Of a stretch of 52,198 nt of DNA, positions 44,159 to 52,072 are shown piece after piece (the stretch's first letter is position 1; each line of letters opens with the position of its first letter). Origin of the DNA: Gaiellales bacterium (GTDB lineage: Bacteria > Actinomycetota > Thermoleophilia > Gaiellales > JAICJC01); NCBI GenBank assembly GCA_035537595.1, contig DATLLX010000016.1:1-52198 (forward strand), read 5' to 3'. The notes under the pieces were generated by a model. It did no database searches. It was given only the letters and a program-made list of their open reading frames with translations, and had not been told where the DNA came from. The translations under genes and the position numbers were made by a program.

Positions 44159-45001
44159 ATGACGGGCTCTGACGCCGAGGAGCGGATCGTTCACGAGAGC
44201 CCCGGCATCAGGCTGGGGGTGTTCCGCTGCGGGCCCAGCGACTGGCGCTGGCGTGAGGTCAACGACATCGGCGACGTCGCCCATGTCGTGTTCGGCCAGA
44301 CCAGCGTCGTGATCCAGCAGGAGGGGGATCGCGAGCGGCTGTGCACGCCCAACAACCTGATCGTCTACAGCCCCGGCCAGCGCTATCGCCGGCGGCTGCA
44401 CGACCCGGCCGGCGACCGCAGCGTGTTCCTCGCCCTGGCCCCGGCCCTGACCGCCGAGCTGGGCGGGCTTCGGGCAGGCGTCGCCCCCTGCGACGCCCGC
44501 TCGCACGCCGCGGTGCTGCTGGCCGCCCGGCTGGCCGCCAGCCCGTCCGCCGACGCGGCGCTGGCGGTGGAGGAGACGCTGGCGGCGGTGCTGGAGCGCG
44601 CCCGGGCGGCGGCGGGCCGGGGCGGCGACGAGACCGGCGCCCGCGGCCATGCCGAGCTGGTCGAGCACACCAAGCTGGCCCTCTGTGACGACCTGCAGTC
44701 GCGGCTCTCCCTGGAGCAGCTGGGACGGCGGGTGGGCTCGAGCAGGTTCCAGCTGGCCCGGGTGTTCCGCGCCCACACCGGATTCTCGATCGCCGCCTAC
44801 CGCGACCAGCTGCGGCTGCGGCGGGCGCTTCGCCGGCTGGGCGACCCCGAGATCGGCCTGACGGAGCTGGCCCTGGAGCTCGGGTACTCGAGCCACAGCC
44901 ACTTCACCGCCCGCTTCCGCCGCGAGTTCGGCCTGCCGCCGTCGGCGCTCCGCGACCCCGGCCCGGCGGCGCTTAAGCAGCTTCAGACCAGCCTGCGGTA
45001 G
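44159..45001 (+). CDS. AraC-family transcriptional regulator
   Basis: The C-terminal double HTH is LSLEQLGRRVGSSRFQLARVFRAHTGFSIAAYRDQLRLRRA...LTELALELGYSSHSHFTARFRREFG. Confidence 0.85.
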   Translation: MTGSDAEERIVHESPGIRLGVFRCGPSDWRWREVNDIGDVAHVVFGQTSVVIQQEGDRERLCTPNNLIVYSPGQRYRRRLHDPAGDRSVFLALAPALTAELGGLRAGVAPCDARSHAAVLLAARLAASPSADAALAVEETLAAVLERARAAAGRGGDETGARGHAELVEHTKLALCDDLQSRLSLEQLGRRVGSSRFQLARVFRAHTGFSIAAYRDQLRLRRALRRLGDPEIGLTELALELGYSSHSHFTARFRREFGLPPSALRDPGPAALKQLQTSLR

Positions 45002-45447
45002 CGCAGCGACCACAGCACCTCGAACCGCTGACTGCCGGCGGCGCCCCGCGACCATTCCCAGAGCAGCCCGTCGGGCGTGATCTGGGAGAAGCGCATCCGC
45101 CGCAGGCCGCCCTCCCGGTCGGGATCGGTGCGCAGCTCGAACTCCTCGCCCCGCCGCCCGCCGCGGAGGTCGAACACGCTGCCCTGGTTGTCGGCCCATA
45201 GCTGCGCCCACCTGCCATGGGCGGCATCGAAGGCCGACACGCTGGTCCCCCGCAGGCCGGCGTCCCGGGCGCCGTCGAACGTCTCCAGGATCGCCCGGTG
45301 CCCGAGGATCGGCCGGATCGTGTTGCGGGCGCTGCCCCCCTCCCAGGTGACCTCCCATTCCCCGATCCAGAAGTCCAGCTCGTGGGCCTGCGCAGGCAGC
45401 GGCAGGGCCTCGGCGGCGGGCTCGAGCCAGTCGGGGTCGATGCGCAT
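44983..45447 (-). CDS. Hypothetical protein (possibly a DUF1579-like beta-barrel)
   Basis: DFWIGEWEVTWEGG...GHRAILETFDG...GTSVSAFDAAHGRWAQLWADNQG. The family call is tentative. It overlaps the AraC gene 3' end by 19 nt in convergent orientation. Confidence 0.5.
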   Translation of the reverse strand: MRIDPDWLEPAAEALPLPAQAHELDFWIGEWEVTWEGGSARNTIRPILGHRAILETFDGARDAGLRGTSVSAFDAAHGRWAQLWADNQGSVFDLRGGRRGEEFELRTDPDREGGLRRMRFSQITPDGLLWEWSRGAAGSQRFEVLWSLRYRRLV

Positions 45448-45539
45448 GCGGCATGCTCGCCCGCCACCCCGCCGCCGGCTATCGCGATCGTGCGAGATCG
45501 TCCGCGGCGGAACAACGGGGTCTGACCCCGTTTGACCGC

Positions 45540-47075
45540 TCAGCGCAGGCGGGGCCCGGCCGCCTCGGCGGCGGCGACCAGCGTGCCGTCGGCGACGAGC
45601 TCGGCCACCGTCTCGATCTCGGCCGACAGCGAGCGGTCGTCACCCAGATGCGGCGACACCTCGCGGATCGCCGCCTGCAGCGCTGCGATCCCGGGGCCGG
45701 GGCGAAGCGGCTCCAGGAAGTCCAGCCCCTGAGCGCCGCACAGCAGCTCCACGGCCAGCACCCGCTCGACGTTCGCGCACACCCGCCAGCAGTGCACCGC
45801 CGCGGTGGCGCCCATCGACACGTGATCCTCCTGCCCGGCCGAGGTGGGGATCGAGTCGACCGAGGCCGGATGGCACAGCACCTTGTTCTCGGCCACCAGG
45901 CTGGCCGCCACGTAGTGGGGGATCATGAAGCCCGAGTTGAGCCCACCCTCCTCGGTCAGGAATGGCGGCAGCCCCTCGCTCATGGTGGGGTTGACCATCC
46001 GCTCGATCCGCCGCTCGCTGATGCCCGCCAGCTCTGCCAGGGCGATCTTCAGCGTGTCCAGCGCGATCGCCACCGGCTCGCCGTGGAAGTTGCCGTTGGA
46101 GAGCACCTCGCCCCTGTCGGCGAACACCAGCGGGTTGTCGGTGGCGGCGTTCAGCTCGATGGCGACGACGCCCTCCACGTAGCGGACCGCATCGCGGACA
46201 GCGCCGTGCACCTGGGGCGAGCAGCGAAGCGAGTAGGCGTCCTGTACCCGCCCGCACCACCGGTGCGACTCGTTGATCTGGCTGCCGTCGAGCAGGTCGT
46301 ACAGGTTGGCGGCCGAGTCCACCTGGCCGGGGTGCGGCCGCAGCTGCTGGATCTCGGGCGAGAACGGCGTGCGGGACGCCCGCACGGCCTCCACCGACTG
46401 GGCGGCGGCCAGGTCGGCGATCCGCACCAGCCGGCCGGCCCGGATCAGCACCAGCGCCCCGATCGCGGCCATGAACTGGGTGCCGTTGATCAGCGCCAGG
46501 CCCTCCTTGGCGCCCAGCGTGACCGGGTGCAGGCCGGCCCGGGCCAGGGCCTCGGCGCCGGGCACCGCCTCCCCCGCCACCTCGGCCACCCCCTCGCCGA
46601 CCAGCGGCAGGGCCAGATGGGCCAGGGGGGCCAGGTCGCCGCTGGCTCCCAGCGAGCCGCGTGACGGCACCACCGGGTGGACACGGGCGTTCAGCAGGTC
46701 GAGCAGCCGCTCCACCGTCTCCAGCCGGACGCCGGAGGCGCCGGTGGCCAGCGCGTTGGCCCGCAGCAGCATGGCCGCCCGCACCACCTCGGTGGGGAAG
46801 TGCTCACCCACCCCGCAGGCATGGCTGCGCAGCAGGTTCAGCTGCAGCCGGGCCACGGCGCCGGGCTCGATGGCGACGTCCACGAACCGCCCGAATCCGG
46901 TGTTCACGCCGTAGGTCGGCGTGCCCTCGGCCACCGCCCGCTCGATCAGGTCGCGGGCGGCCCCGATCTTGCGCACCGCCTCGGAGCCCAGCCGCACCTC
47001 CGCGCCATCGACCGCCACCCGCTCCACGTCGGCGATCTGAAGGCCGCTCCCGGTCAGCTCGATGGTGTCCCCCAC
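45540..47075 (-). CDS. hutH: Histidine ammonia-lyase
   Basis: GSLGASGDLAPLAHLAL (MIO-forming ASG triad), YGVNTGFG and QEDHVSMG. Confidence 0.95.
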   Translation of the reverse strand: MGDTIELTGSGLQIADVERVAVDGAEVRLGSEAVRKIGAARDLIERAVAEGTPTYGVNTGFGRFVDVAIEPGAVARLQLNLLRSHACGVGEHFPTEVVRAAMLLRANALATGASGVRLETVERLLDLLNARVHPVVPSRGSLGASGDLAPLAHLALPLVGEGVAEVAGEAVPGAEALARAGLHPVTLGAKEGLALINGTQFMAAIGALVLIRAGRLVRIADLAAAQSVEAVRASRTPFSPEIQQLRPHPGQVDSAANLYDLLDGSQINESHRWCGRVQDAYSLRCSPQVHGAVRDAVRYVEGVVAIELNAATDNPLVFADRGEVLSNGNFHGEPVAIALDTLKIALAELAGISERRIERMVNPTMSEGLPPFLTEEGGLNSGFMIPHYVAASLVAENKVLCHPASVDSIPTSAGQEDHVSMGATAAVHCWRVCANVERVLAVELLCGAQGLDFLEPLRPGPGIAALQAAIREVSPHLGDDRSLSAEIETVAELVADGTLVAAAEAAGPRLR

Positions 47076-47088
47076 GCGAGCCGTCAGT

Positions 47089-47994
47089 CTACTGCGCCGT
47101 GCCGAACTCGCCCGCCGCGGCCACCTCGAGCACCCGGTCGGCCGCCATATCCGGCAGCCGCAGCGCCCGCCCGGCTACGGCGGCGGCCACGCTGGCGGGC
47201 ATCAGCCCGACCAGCTCCGAGCCGTGCACCCCCACTCCCCGCTCGCCGGCCAGCCGCTCGACCTCCGAGAAGACCTGCCACAGCGGAGTCGCGTCGATGT
47301 CGATCAGGTTCGTCGAGACCTGTGCCCGGCCGCTGCTTCGCAGCGCCAGGCCGATCGCCTGCACGCCGGGCAGCCCGCCGTCGCGCTCCCGGATGGCCGC
47401 CGCGATGCTCCGCGCCACCTCCAGATCACCGGTGTCGAGGTCGATGTTGAACGCGACCAGCGGCTCGCGCACCCCGAGCAGCACCGCCCCGGCCGTCTCG
47501 TGAAGCTCGTCGGGCCCCGCCAGCGGCTGGAGCTCGCCGGCGGCCAGCCGCTCCGCCAGGCGGCCGGGGCCGCCCTGCCGGTAGAACGCGGGCCGTCTGC
47601 CGTCGCCCAGCTCGCCGTAGCCGAGCACCGGGACGCCGAGCATCGCCACCCGCCGGGCAAGCAGCCGGGCAGCCCGCTCCGGGCGGTCGTCGTCGTCGGC
47701 GAAGCGCACGATCGGCACCACGTCGGCCGCGCCCACCCGCGGGTGCACGCCCTCGTGGCTGCGCAGGTCGATCCGCGCCACCGCCACCGCGATGCCCGCC
47801 GCCAGCGCCTCCACCAGCTGCTCCGCCGGGGCGACGACGGTGAACACGGAGCGGTTGTGGTCGCCGTCCGCGTGGACGTCGACCACCCGGCCGCCGGCGT
47901 CGGCCATGGCCTGGCCGATCGCGTCCAGCACCGACCGGTCACGGCCTTCTGAGAAGTTGGGCACCGACTCGAGCAGAGATGCCAGCCTACACAC
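47089..47994 (-). CDS. Glutamate formimidoyltransferase (FtcD N-terminal-type; no cyclodeaminase domain)
   Basis: LLESVPNFSEGRDRSVLDAIGQAMADAGGRVVDVHADGDHNRSVFTVV. 301 aa, starting at GTG 47992-47994. Confidence 0.9.
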   Translation of the reverse strand: MCRLASLLESVPNFSEGRDRSVLDAIGQAMADAGGRVVDVHADGDHNRSVFTVVAPAEQLVEALAAGIAVAVARIDLRSHEGVHPRVGAADVVPIVRFADDDDRPERAARLLARRVAMLGVPVLGYGELGDGRRPAFYRQGGPGRLAERLAAGELQPLAGPDELHETAGAVLLGVREPLVAFNIDLDTGDLEVARSIAAAIRERDGGLPGVQAIGLALRSSGRAQVSTNLIDIDATPLWQVFSEVERLAGERGVGVHGSELVGLMPASVAAAVAGRALRLPDMAADRVLEVAAAGEFGTAQ

Positions 47995-48039
47995 CTGCCT
48001 TCAGCCACGGGGACGGGCTCTCGACCCGCGCCCGGCGGC

Positions 48040-48520
48040 GGCGGCCGCGGGGTGGCCTGCCAGAAACCGGACGGGGCCGCCAGGGGTGAACCACCTTCCC
48101 GGCGGTCTACCGGGAAATGGTGATGCGATACCTCCCTTTTGGGGGAGTGCGCACCGGCGTCGATGCCTCACACTGAGTGCACGGATCGAAAAGGCAAACC
48201 CACTGCGAAGTGGGCACGCAAAGCAAGAGGTCTCCCCCAGGAGACGGCTCGGCTACCGAAACCGTGGACTCCCTCACCCAACCGCGTTCGTCGACCTCCG
48301 ACGGAGCACTTCGATCGCGAGAGTGGAGCTCACCGGCGCGGAGATCGCTCGCGATCGCCGCATTGCGCCTCCGGGGCAGGCACCTCGGCAGCGCCTCGAT
48401 CCGCATCGATACGGAGAGCGGACGGTGGGCTCCTGCGGGGGGCAGACTCGGGAAACCGAGGATGAGGCCACCGTTCGCTCCCGTCGACGCGCGTGCCCGC
48501 ACAGCACCCGGAATCGATGA
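48040..48520 (+). ncRNA. Candidate large structured RNA or long structured leader (class not recognised; strand tentative)
   Basis: This is a 540-nt gap between divergent genes. G+C drops to 37/60 (48121-48180) and 35/60 (48181-48240). Hairpins are dense, including two GNRA tetraloops when read on the + strand and a three-way junction at 48411-48484. There is no convincing ORF. Confidence 0.3.
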
Positions 48521-48535
48521 TCTAGAGTCGCCGGC

Positions 48536-50491
48536 ATGCTCGAGCACCTGTTCGCGCCGCTTCGGGTCGGCCCAGCCACCATCCCCAACCGGATCGTGTC
48601 CACCTCGCATCAGACCAGCCTGGTGCACGACCATCTGCCCACCGACGACCTGATCGCCTATCACGAGGCCCGGGCCCGCGGCGGTGCCGGCCTGATCTGC
48701 GTGGAGGCGACCGCGATCCACCACACCGGCCTGCTCACGCCCCACACGCTGGGCGGCTACCTGCCAGAGATCGTCCCTGCCTACCGGCGGCTGGCCGGCG
48801 CGGTGCATGCCCACGGCACCAAGCTGATGGTGCAGCTGTTCCACGGCGGCCGCGAGGTGATCTCGGCGCCACCGCGGCCGCCCGCCGTGGCGCCGTCGAG
48901 CGTCCCCAGCGCCCGTTTCAAGACCGAGCCCAGGGCACTCACCCGGCGCGAGATCCACGAGATGCTGGACGGCTACCGCCAGGCCGCCGCGTATGCCTCC
49001 GAGGGCGGCGTGGACGGCGTCGAGGTCTGTGCGGGGTTCGACTACCTGCCCACGCAGTTCCTGTCCCCGCACTCCAACCGCCGCACCGACGAGTACGGCG
49101 GCAACTTCGAGAACCGGCTGCGCTTCCTGCGCGAGGTGTGCGAGGCGATGCGGGACGGCATCGGGGCCGGCGGCGTGGTCGGCTGCCGGCTGACCGACGA
49201 GCACTGGTCGTTCGACGCCAACGACGAGGACGACCTGCGGCGGGCCGCCGCCGAGCTGGCGGACGCGGGGCTGATCGACTACCTGTCGGTCGCGCTGGGC
49301 AGCTCGTCCACCTATCGCGGCTCGACCTGGATCGTGCCGCCGGTGCCGGTCGAGCACAACGCGGTGTCGGCCTTCGCCCGCCGCATGAAGGAGGCTGTCG
49401 GCGTCCCCGTGATCGCCACCGGGCGGATCGTCGAGCCGGCCGACGCCGACGCCATGATCGCGCGCGGCGACTGCGACGCATGCGGCATGACCCGGGCGCT
49501 GATCACCGACCCGTCGATGCCGTCCAAGGCCCGCCGCGGCGAGCGCCACACCCGCTGCATCGGCTGCAACCAGGGCTGCATCGGCCACTACCACGCCGGG
49601 CTGCCGATCGCCTGCACCATCAACCCGTGGACCGGCTTCGAGGCCCGGCTCCCCCGCCCGTCGGCGGGCGGCGACGGCCAGACCGTGGTGATCGTCGGCG
49701 CCGGCCCGGCGGGCGCCGCTGCGGCCGGCACCGCCCTGGCCTGCGGGCACCGGGTGGTGGTCTTCGAGGCCGCGGATGCGGCCGGCGGCCAGATGCGTCA
49801 CGCCCTCGGTGCACCCGGCCACAGCGAGATCGCGCACGGCCTGGTGTCGACGGCGGAAGCCTGGCTGGCCGGCTGCGACGTCCGCTACGGCACCAGGGCG
49901 GGCGTCGACGAGGTGCTGGCTGAGCACCCCGACCGGGTGATCGTCGCCAGCGGGGCCGGCCGCTACCAGCCCGAGATCCCGGGTGACGGCCCGCCGGTGC
50001 TGCACGCATGGGACGTGCTGGACGGCGCCGGCGTCTCCGGCCGGGCCGTGGTCGCCGACTGGGGAGGCGACTGGACCGGCCTGGCGGTGGCGGAGGTGCT
50101 GGCCGCACGCGGGGTCGAGGTCCGCCTGGTCACCGCGGCTGTGGCGGTGGGCGAGGCCATCCACCAGTACCAGCGAAACCTCTACATCGAGCGGCTCGAC
50201 CTGGCCGGGGTCGAGATCCTCCATCACCTGCGGCCGCTTCGCCGCGATGGTGACGCGGTGGTCTTCGAGCACGTGTTCTCGCTCCGCGAGGTGCGCCTGG
50301 ACGGCGTCGACGCGCTGGTGGTGAGCGCCGGCCGAAGCGGCGACACGGCGCTGTTCGAGGAGCTCCAGGAGCGCGGGGTGAGCGTCGTACGGGTGGGCGA
50401 CGCGCTGGGCGCGCGGTCGTTCGAAGAGGCGATCCGCGAGGGCACCGAGGCGGCGCTGGGAGCGGTGCCGGCCCCGGCCGCCGTGCACTGA
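48536..50491 (+). CDS. Old-Yellow-Enzyme-family FMN oxidoreductase fused to a 4Fe-4S motif and an FAD/NAD(P)-binding domain (2,4-dienoyl-CoA reductase / amine demethylase-like)
   Basis: PNRIVSTSHQT...YHEARARGGAGLI (OYE TIM barrel), RCIGCNQGCIGH (Cys cluster) and VVIVGAGPAGAAAAG (dinucleotide fold). Confidence 0.9.
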   Translation: MLEHLFAPLRVGPATIPNRIVSTSHQTSLVHDHLPTDDLIAYHEARARGGAGLICVEATAIHHTGLLTPHTLGGYLPEIVPAYRRLAGAVHAHGTKLMVQLFHGGREVISAPPRPPAVAPSSVPSARFKTEPRALTRREIHEMLDGYRQAAAYASEGGVDGVEVCAGFDYLPTQFLSPHSNRRTDEYGGNFENRLRFLREVCEAMRDGIGAGGVVGCRLTDEHWSFDANDEDDLRRAAAELADAGLIDYLSVALGSSSTYRGSTWIVPPVPVEHNAVSAFARRMKEAVGVPVIATGRIVEPADADAMIARGDCDACGMTRALITDPSMPSKARRGERHTRCIGCNQGCIGHYHAGLPIACTINPWTGFEARLPRPSAGGDGQTVVIVGAGPAGAAAAGTALACGHRVVVFEAADAAGGQMRHALGAPGHSEIAHGLVSTAEAWLAGCDVRYGTRAGVDEVLAEHPDRVIVASGAGRYQPEIPGDGPPVLHAWDVLDGAGVSGRAVVADWGGDWTGLAVAEVLAARGVEVRLVTAAVAVGEAIHQYQRNLYIERLDLAGVEILHHLRPLRRDGDAVVFEHVFSLREVRLDGVDALVVSAGRSGDTALFEELQERGVSVVRVGDALGARSFEEAIREGTEAALGAVPAPAAVH

Positions 50492-50555
50492 CGGCGCACT
50501 CCCGGCACGATCCCGCGACACACGCGCGCAACCGCTCCCCGTAGCGTCTGCCCGC

Positions 50556-51335
50556 ATGCACGATCGGGGTCAGGCAACGGTGGAGTACGCAGGCCTGGCG
50601 CTGCTGGTGGCGCTGCTGTTGCTGGCCGCAACGCACACCGCCCGCGCCGGGCTGGCGGCGCGGGCGGCGGGCGACGCCGGCTACCTGCAGCTGGCGGCCC
50701 GCCACGCGCCCACGTTCGTCCTGGAGCGTGGCGACTCCAGCCTGCCGGTCGACTTCCGCCGCTGCCGCAGCCGCGCCTGCGCGAGCCGTGACCCGGTGGT
50801 CTTCGTCCACGGCGTCCGCAAGGGCGGCGCGGTCTACCTCGAATACTGGGAATACCTGCCCGACTCGCGGACGGCCGGCACCGGCATCGACCGGATCGAC
50901 GGCGCCCACGCGGACGATTGGGAGGGCCTGATCGTCAAGCTGCTGGCCGACGGCACCGTGGTCGGCGCCCGCGCCTCGGCCCACCTGGGCTGGAACGGCG
51001 CCCGGCCCTGGTGGGAGCTGACGCCTGGCGACTGGGCGCCCTACCCGGCTCCGGTGTACCGGGCGGCGGGCAGCCACGCCGGCTCGTTCCGGGAGGCGGG
51101 GATCGACCTGGCCGGCGACCGCTGGGACGGCCCGGCCGGCTCGGTGACGCCGCGGCTGGTGCCCGCCGACCAGGCCCGGGAGGCGGCCGCCGCCTTCGGC
51201 TCCGGCTCGGTGCCGCCCTGGGACAAGGCGGCCTGGACCGACCCCGAGGCCACGATCACCGGCCGCCCTGGCGATCGCGCGCCCTACGCCCGCTACGCCC
51301 GCTGGTGGGCATCGCTGTGCCTGCCGTGCGGATAG
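50556..51335 (+). CDS. Protein with a Flp/TadE-type prepilin leader and a Vps62-like C-terminal domain
   Basis: MHDRG/QATVEYAGLALLVALLLLAA has a Gly, Glu at +5 and a hydrophobic helix. The C-terminal part has HAPTFVLERGDSSLPVDF, VYLEYWEYLPDS, GAHADDWEGLIVKL and ASAHLGWNG, which resembles the Vps62 family pattern. That call is tentative. Confidence 0.6.
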   Translation: MHDRGQATVEYAGLALLVALLLLAATHTARAGLAARAAGDAGYLQLAARHAPTFVLERGDSSLPVDFRRCRSRACASRDPVVFVHGVRKGGAVYLEYWEYLPDSRTAGTGIDRIDGAHADDWEGLIVKLLADGTVVGARASAHLGWNGARPWWELTPGDWAPYPAPVYRAAGSHAGSFREAGIDLAGDRWDGPAGSVTPRLVPADQAREAAAAFGSGSVPPWDKAAWTDPEATITGRPGDRAPYARYARWWASLCLPCG

Positions 51336-51381
51336 ATGCTCGATACTCAAGACTGCTTCGCGTCCGGTCGATATCCGATCT

Positions 51382-52072
51382 GTGTTCGATACGCCCCGAG
51401 ATCTGGTCCGCCTGGCGCTGGAGATGCTTCCCGCGATGCCCGCCTCCATCGAGGTGTTCTCCGAGGACGGCGGGTCGTTCATGCTGACGCTGGCGGACCA
51501 CGAGGGGGCCCTGATCTACGCCTACGGCGATCGCAACCACGTGCGCGAGGGCCTGACGCTCGAGCACCGCATGCGGAACGGCGAGGGCGACGGGCACGAC
51601 ATCCGCTTCCTGATCAAGACCACGTTCTTCCAGTCGGGCAGCGACCTCTTGCTGCACCTGCACGTCAGCGGCATCGAGGAGCACTACGCCAGCCGAGGCG
51701 CGCCCCGCGCATCGCTCAATCCGCAGGCCACCGCCCGCATCCTCTACGCGCGGGAGCTCGACCGCGACGAGGTGATCGAGGTGCGCATCGTCGACGCCTC
51801 CACCACCGGCATCGGATTCATCACCGACCGCCGCTTCCATCCCGGCGACGTGATCGAGGTGATCGCCCCGCTGCCCGACCGCCCCGTGCGGCTCGAGGCC
51901 CGGGTCGTCGCCTCGGCCCCCGTCGTCTATGGACGCAACCGCGTCGGCTGCGAGATCACCGCCATCCTCGAGGCCGATCGCCACTCGATCGGCCTGCTGG
52001 CCACGTTGAGCGAGCAGGCCGGCAGCGAGGACGACCGCCGTCCCGAGATCCTGGACACGCTGGAGCGCGCCC
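51382..52072 (+). CDS. PilZ-domain protein, partial (the true 3' end is lost in the terminal foldback)
   Basis: My own translation reads VFDTPRDLVRLALEMLPAMPASIEVFSEDGG...SRGAPRASLNPQATARILYAR....VIEVRIVDASTTGIGFITD (RxxxR ... DxSxxG PilZ motifs). The frame is open to the window end, so the ORF track does not list it. Candidate starts are GTG 51382, ATG 51424 and ATG 51436. Confidence 0.6.

Noticed and set aside
48411-48484. The three-way junction read as a hammerhead or other small self-cleaving ribozyme.
   Set aside because: The junction has almost no unpaired nucleotides. The hammerhead core (CUGANGA ... GAAA ... UH) is absent; GGAUGAG at 48460-48466 is only a partial look-alike.
48040-48520. 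Assignment of the structured intergenic region to a known RNA family: RNase P RNA, tmRNA, a cobalamin, FMN, glycine, ZTP or THF riboswitch, or a T-box.
   Set aside because: I looked for the invariant cores on both strands. These were GAGGAAAGUCC and ACAGAACCCGGCUUA for RNase P, a GGUUCGAUUCC-CCA end for tmRNA, the B12 box, the GGGGCAGGGUGAAAUUCCC-type FMN core, CACCGAAGG...CUCUGGAGA for glycine, CCGCCUGGGC for ZTP, and the GGUGGUACCGCG T-box. I found only short partial resemblances, such as ACAGCACCCGGAAUCG at 48501-48516. This was done by eye only, so an Infernal scan is still needed.
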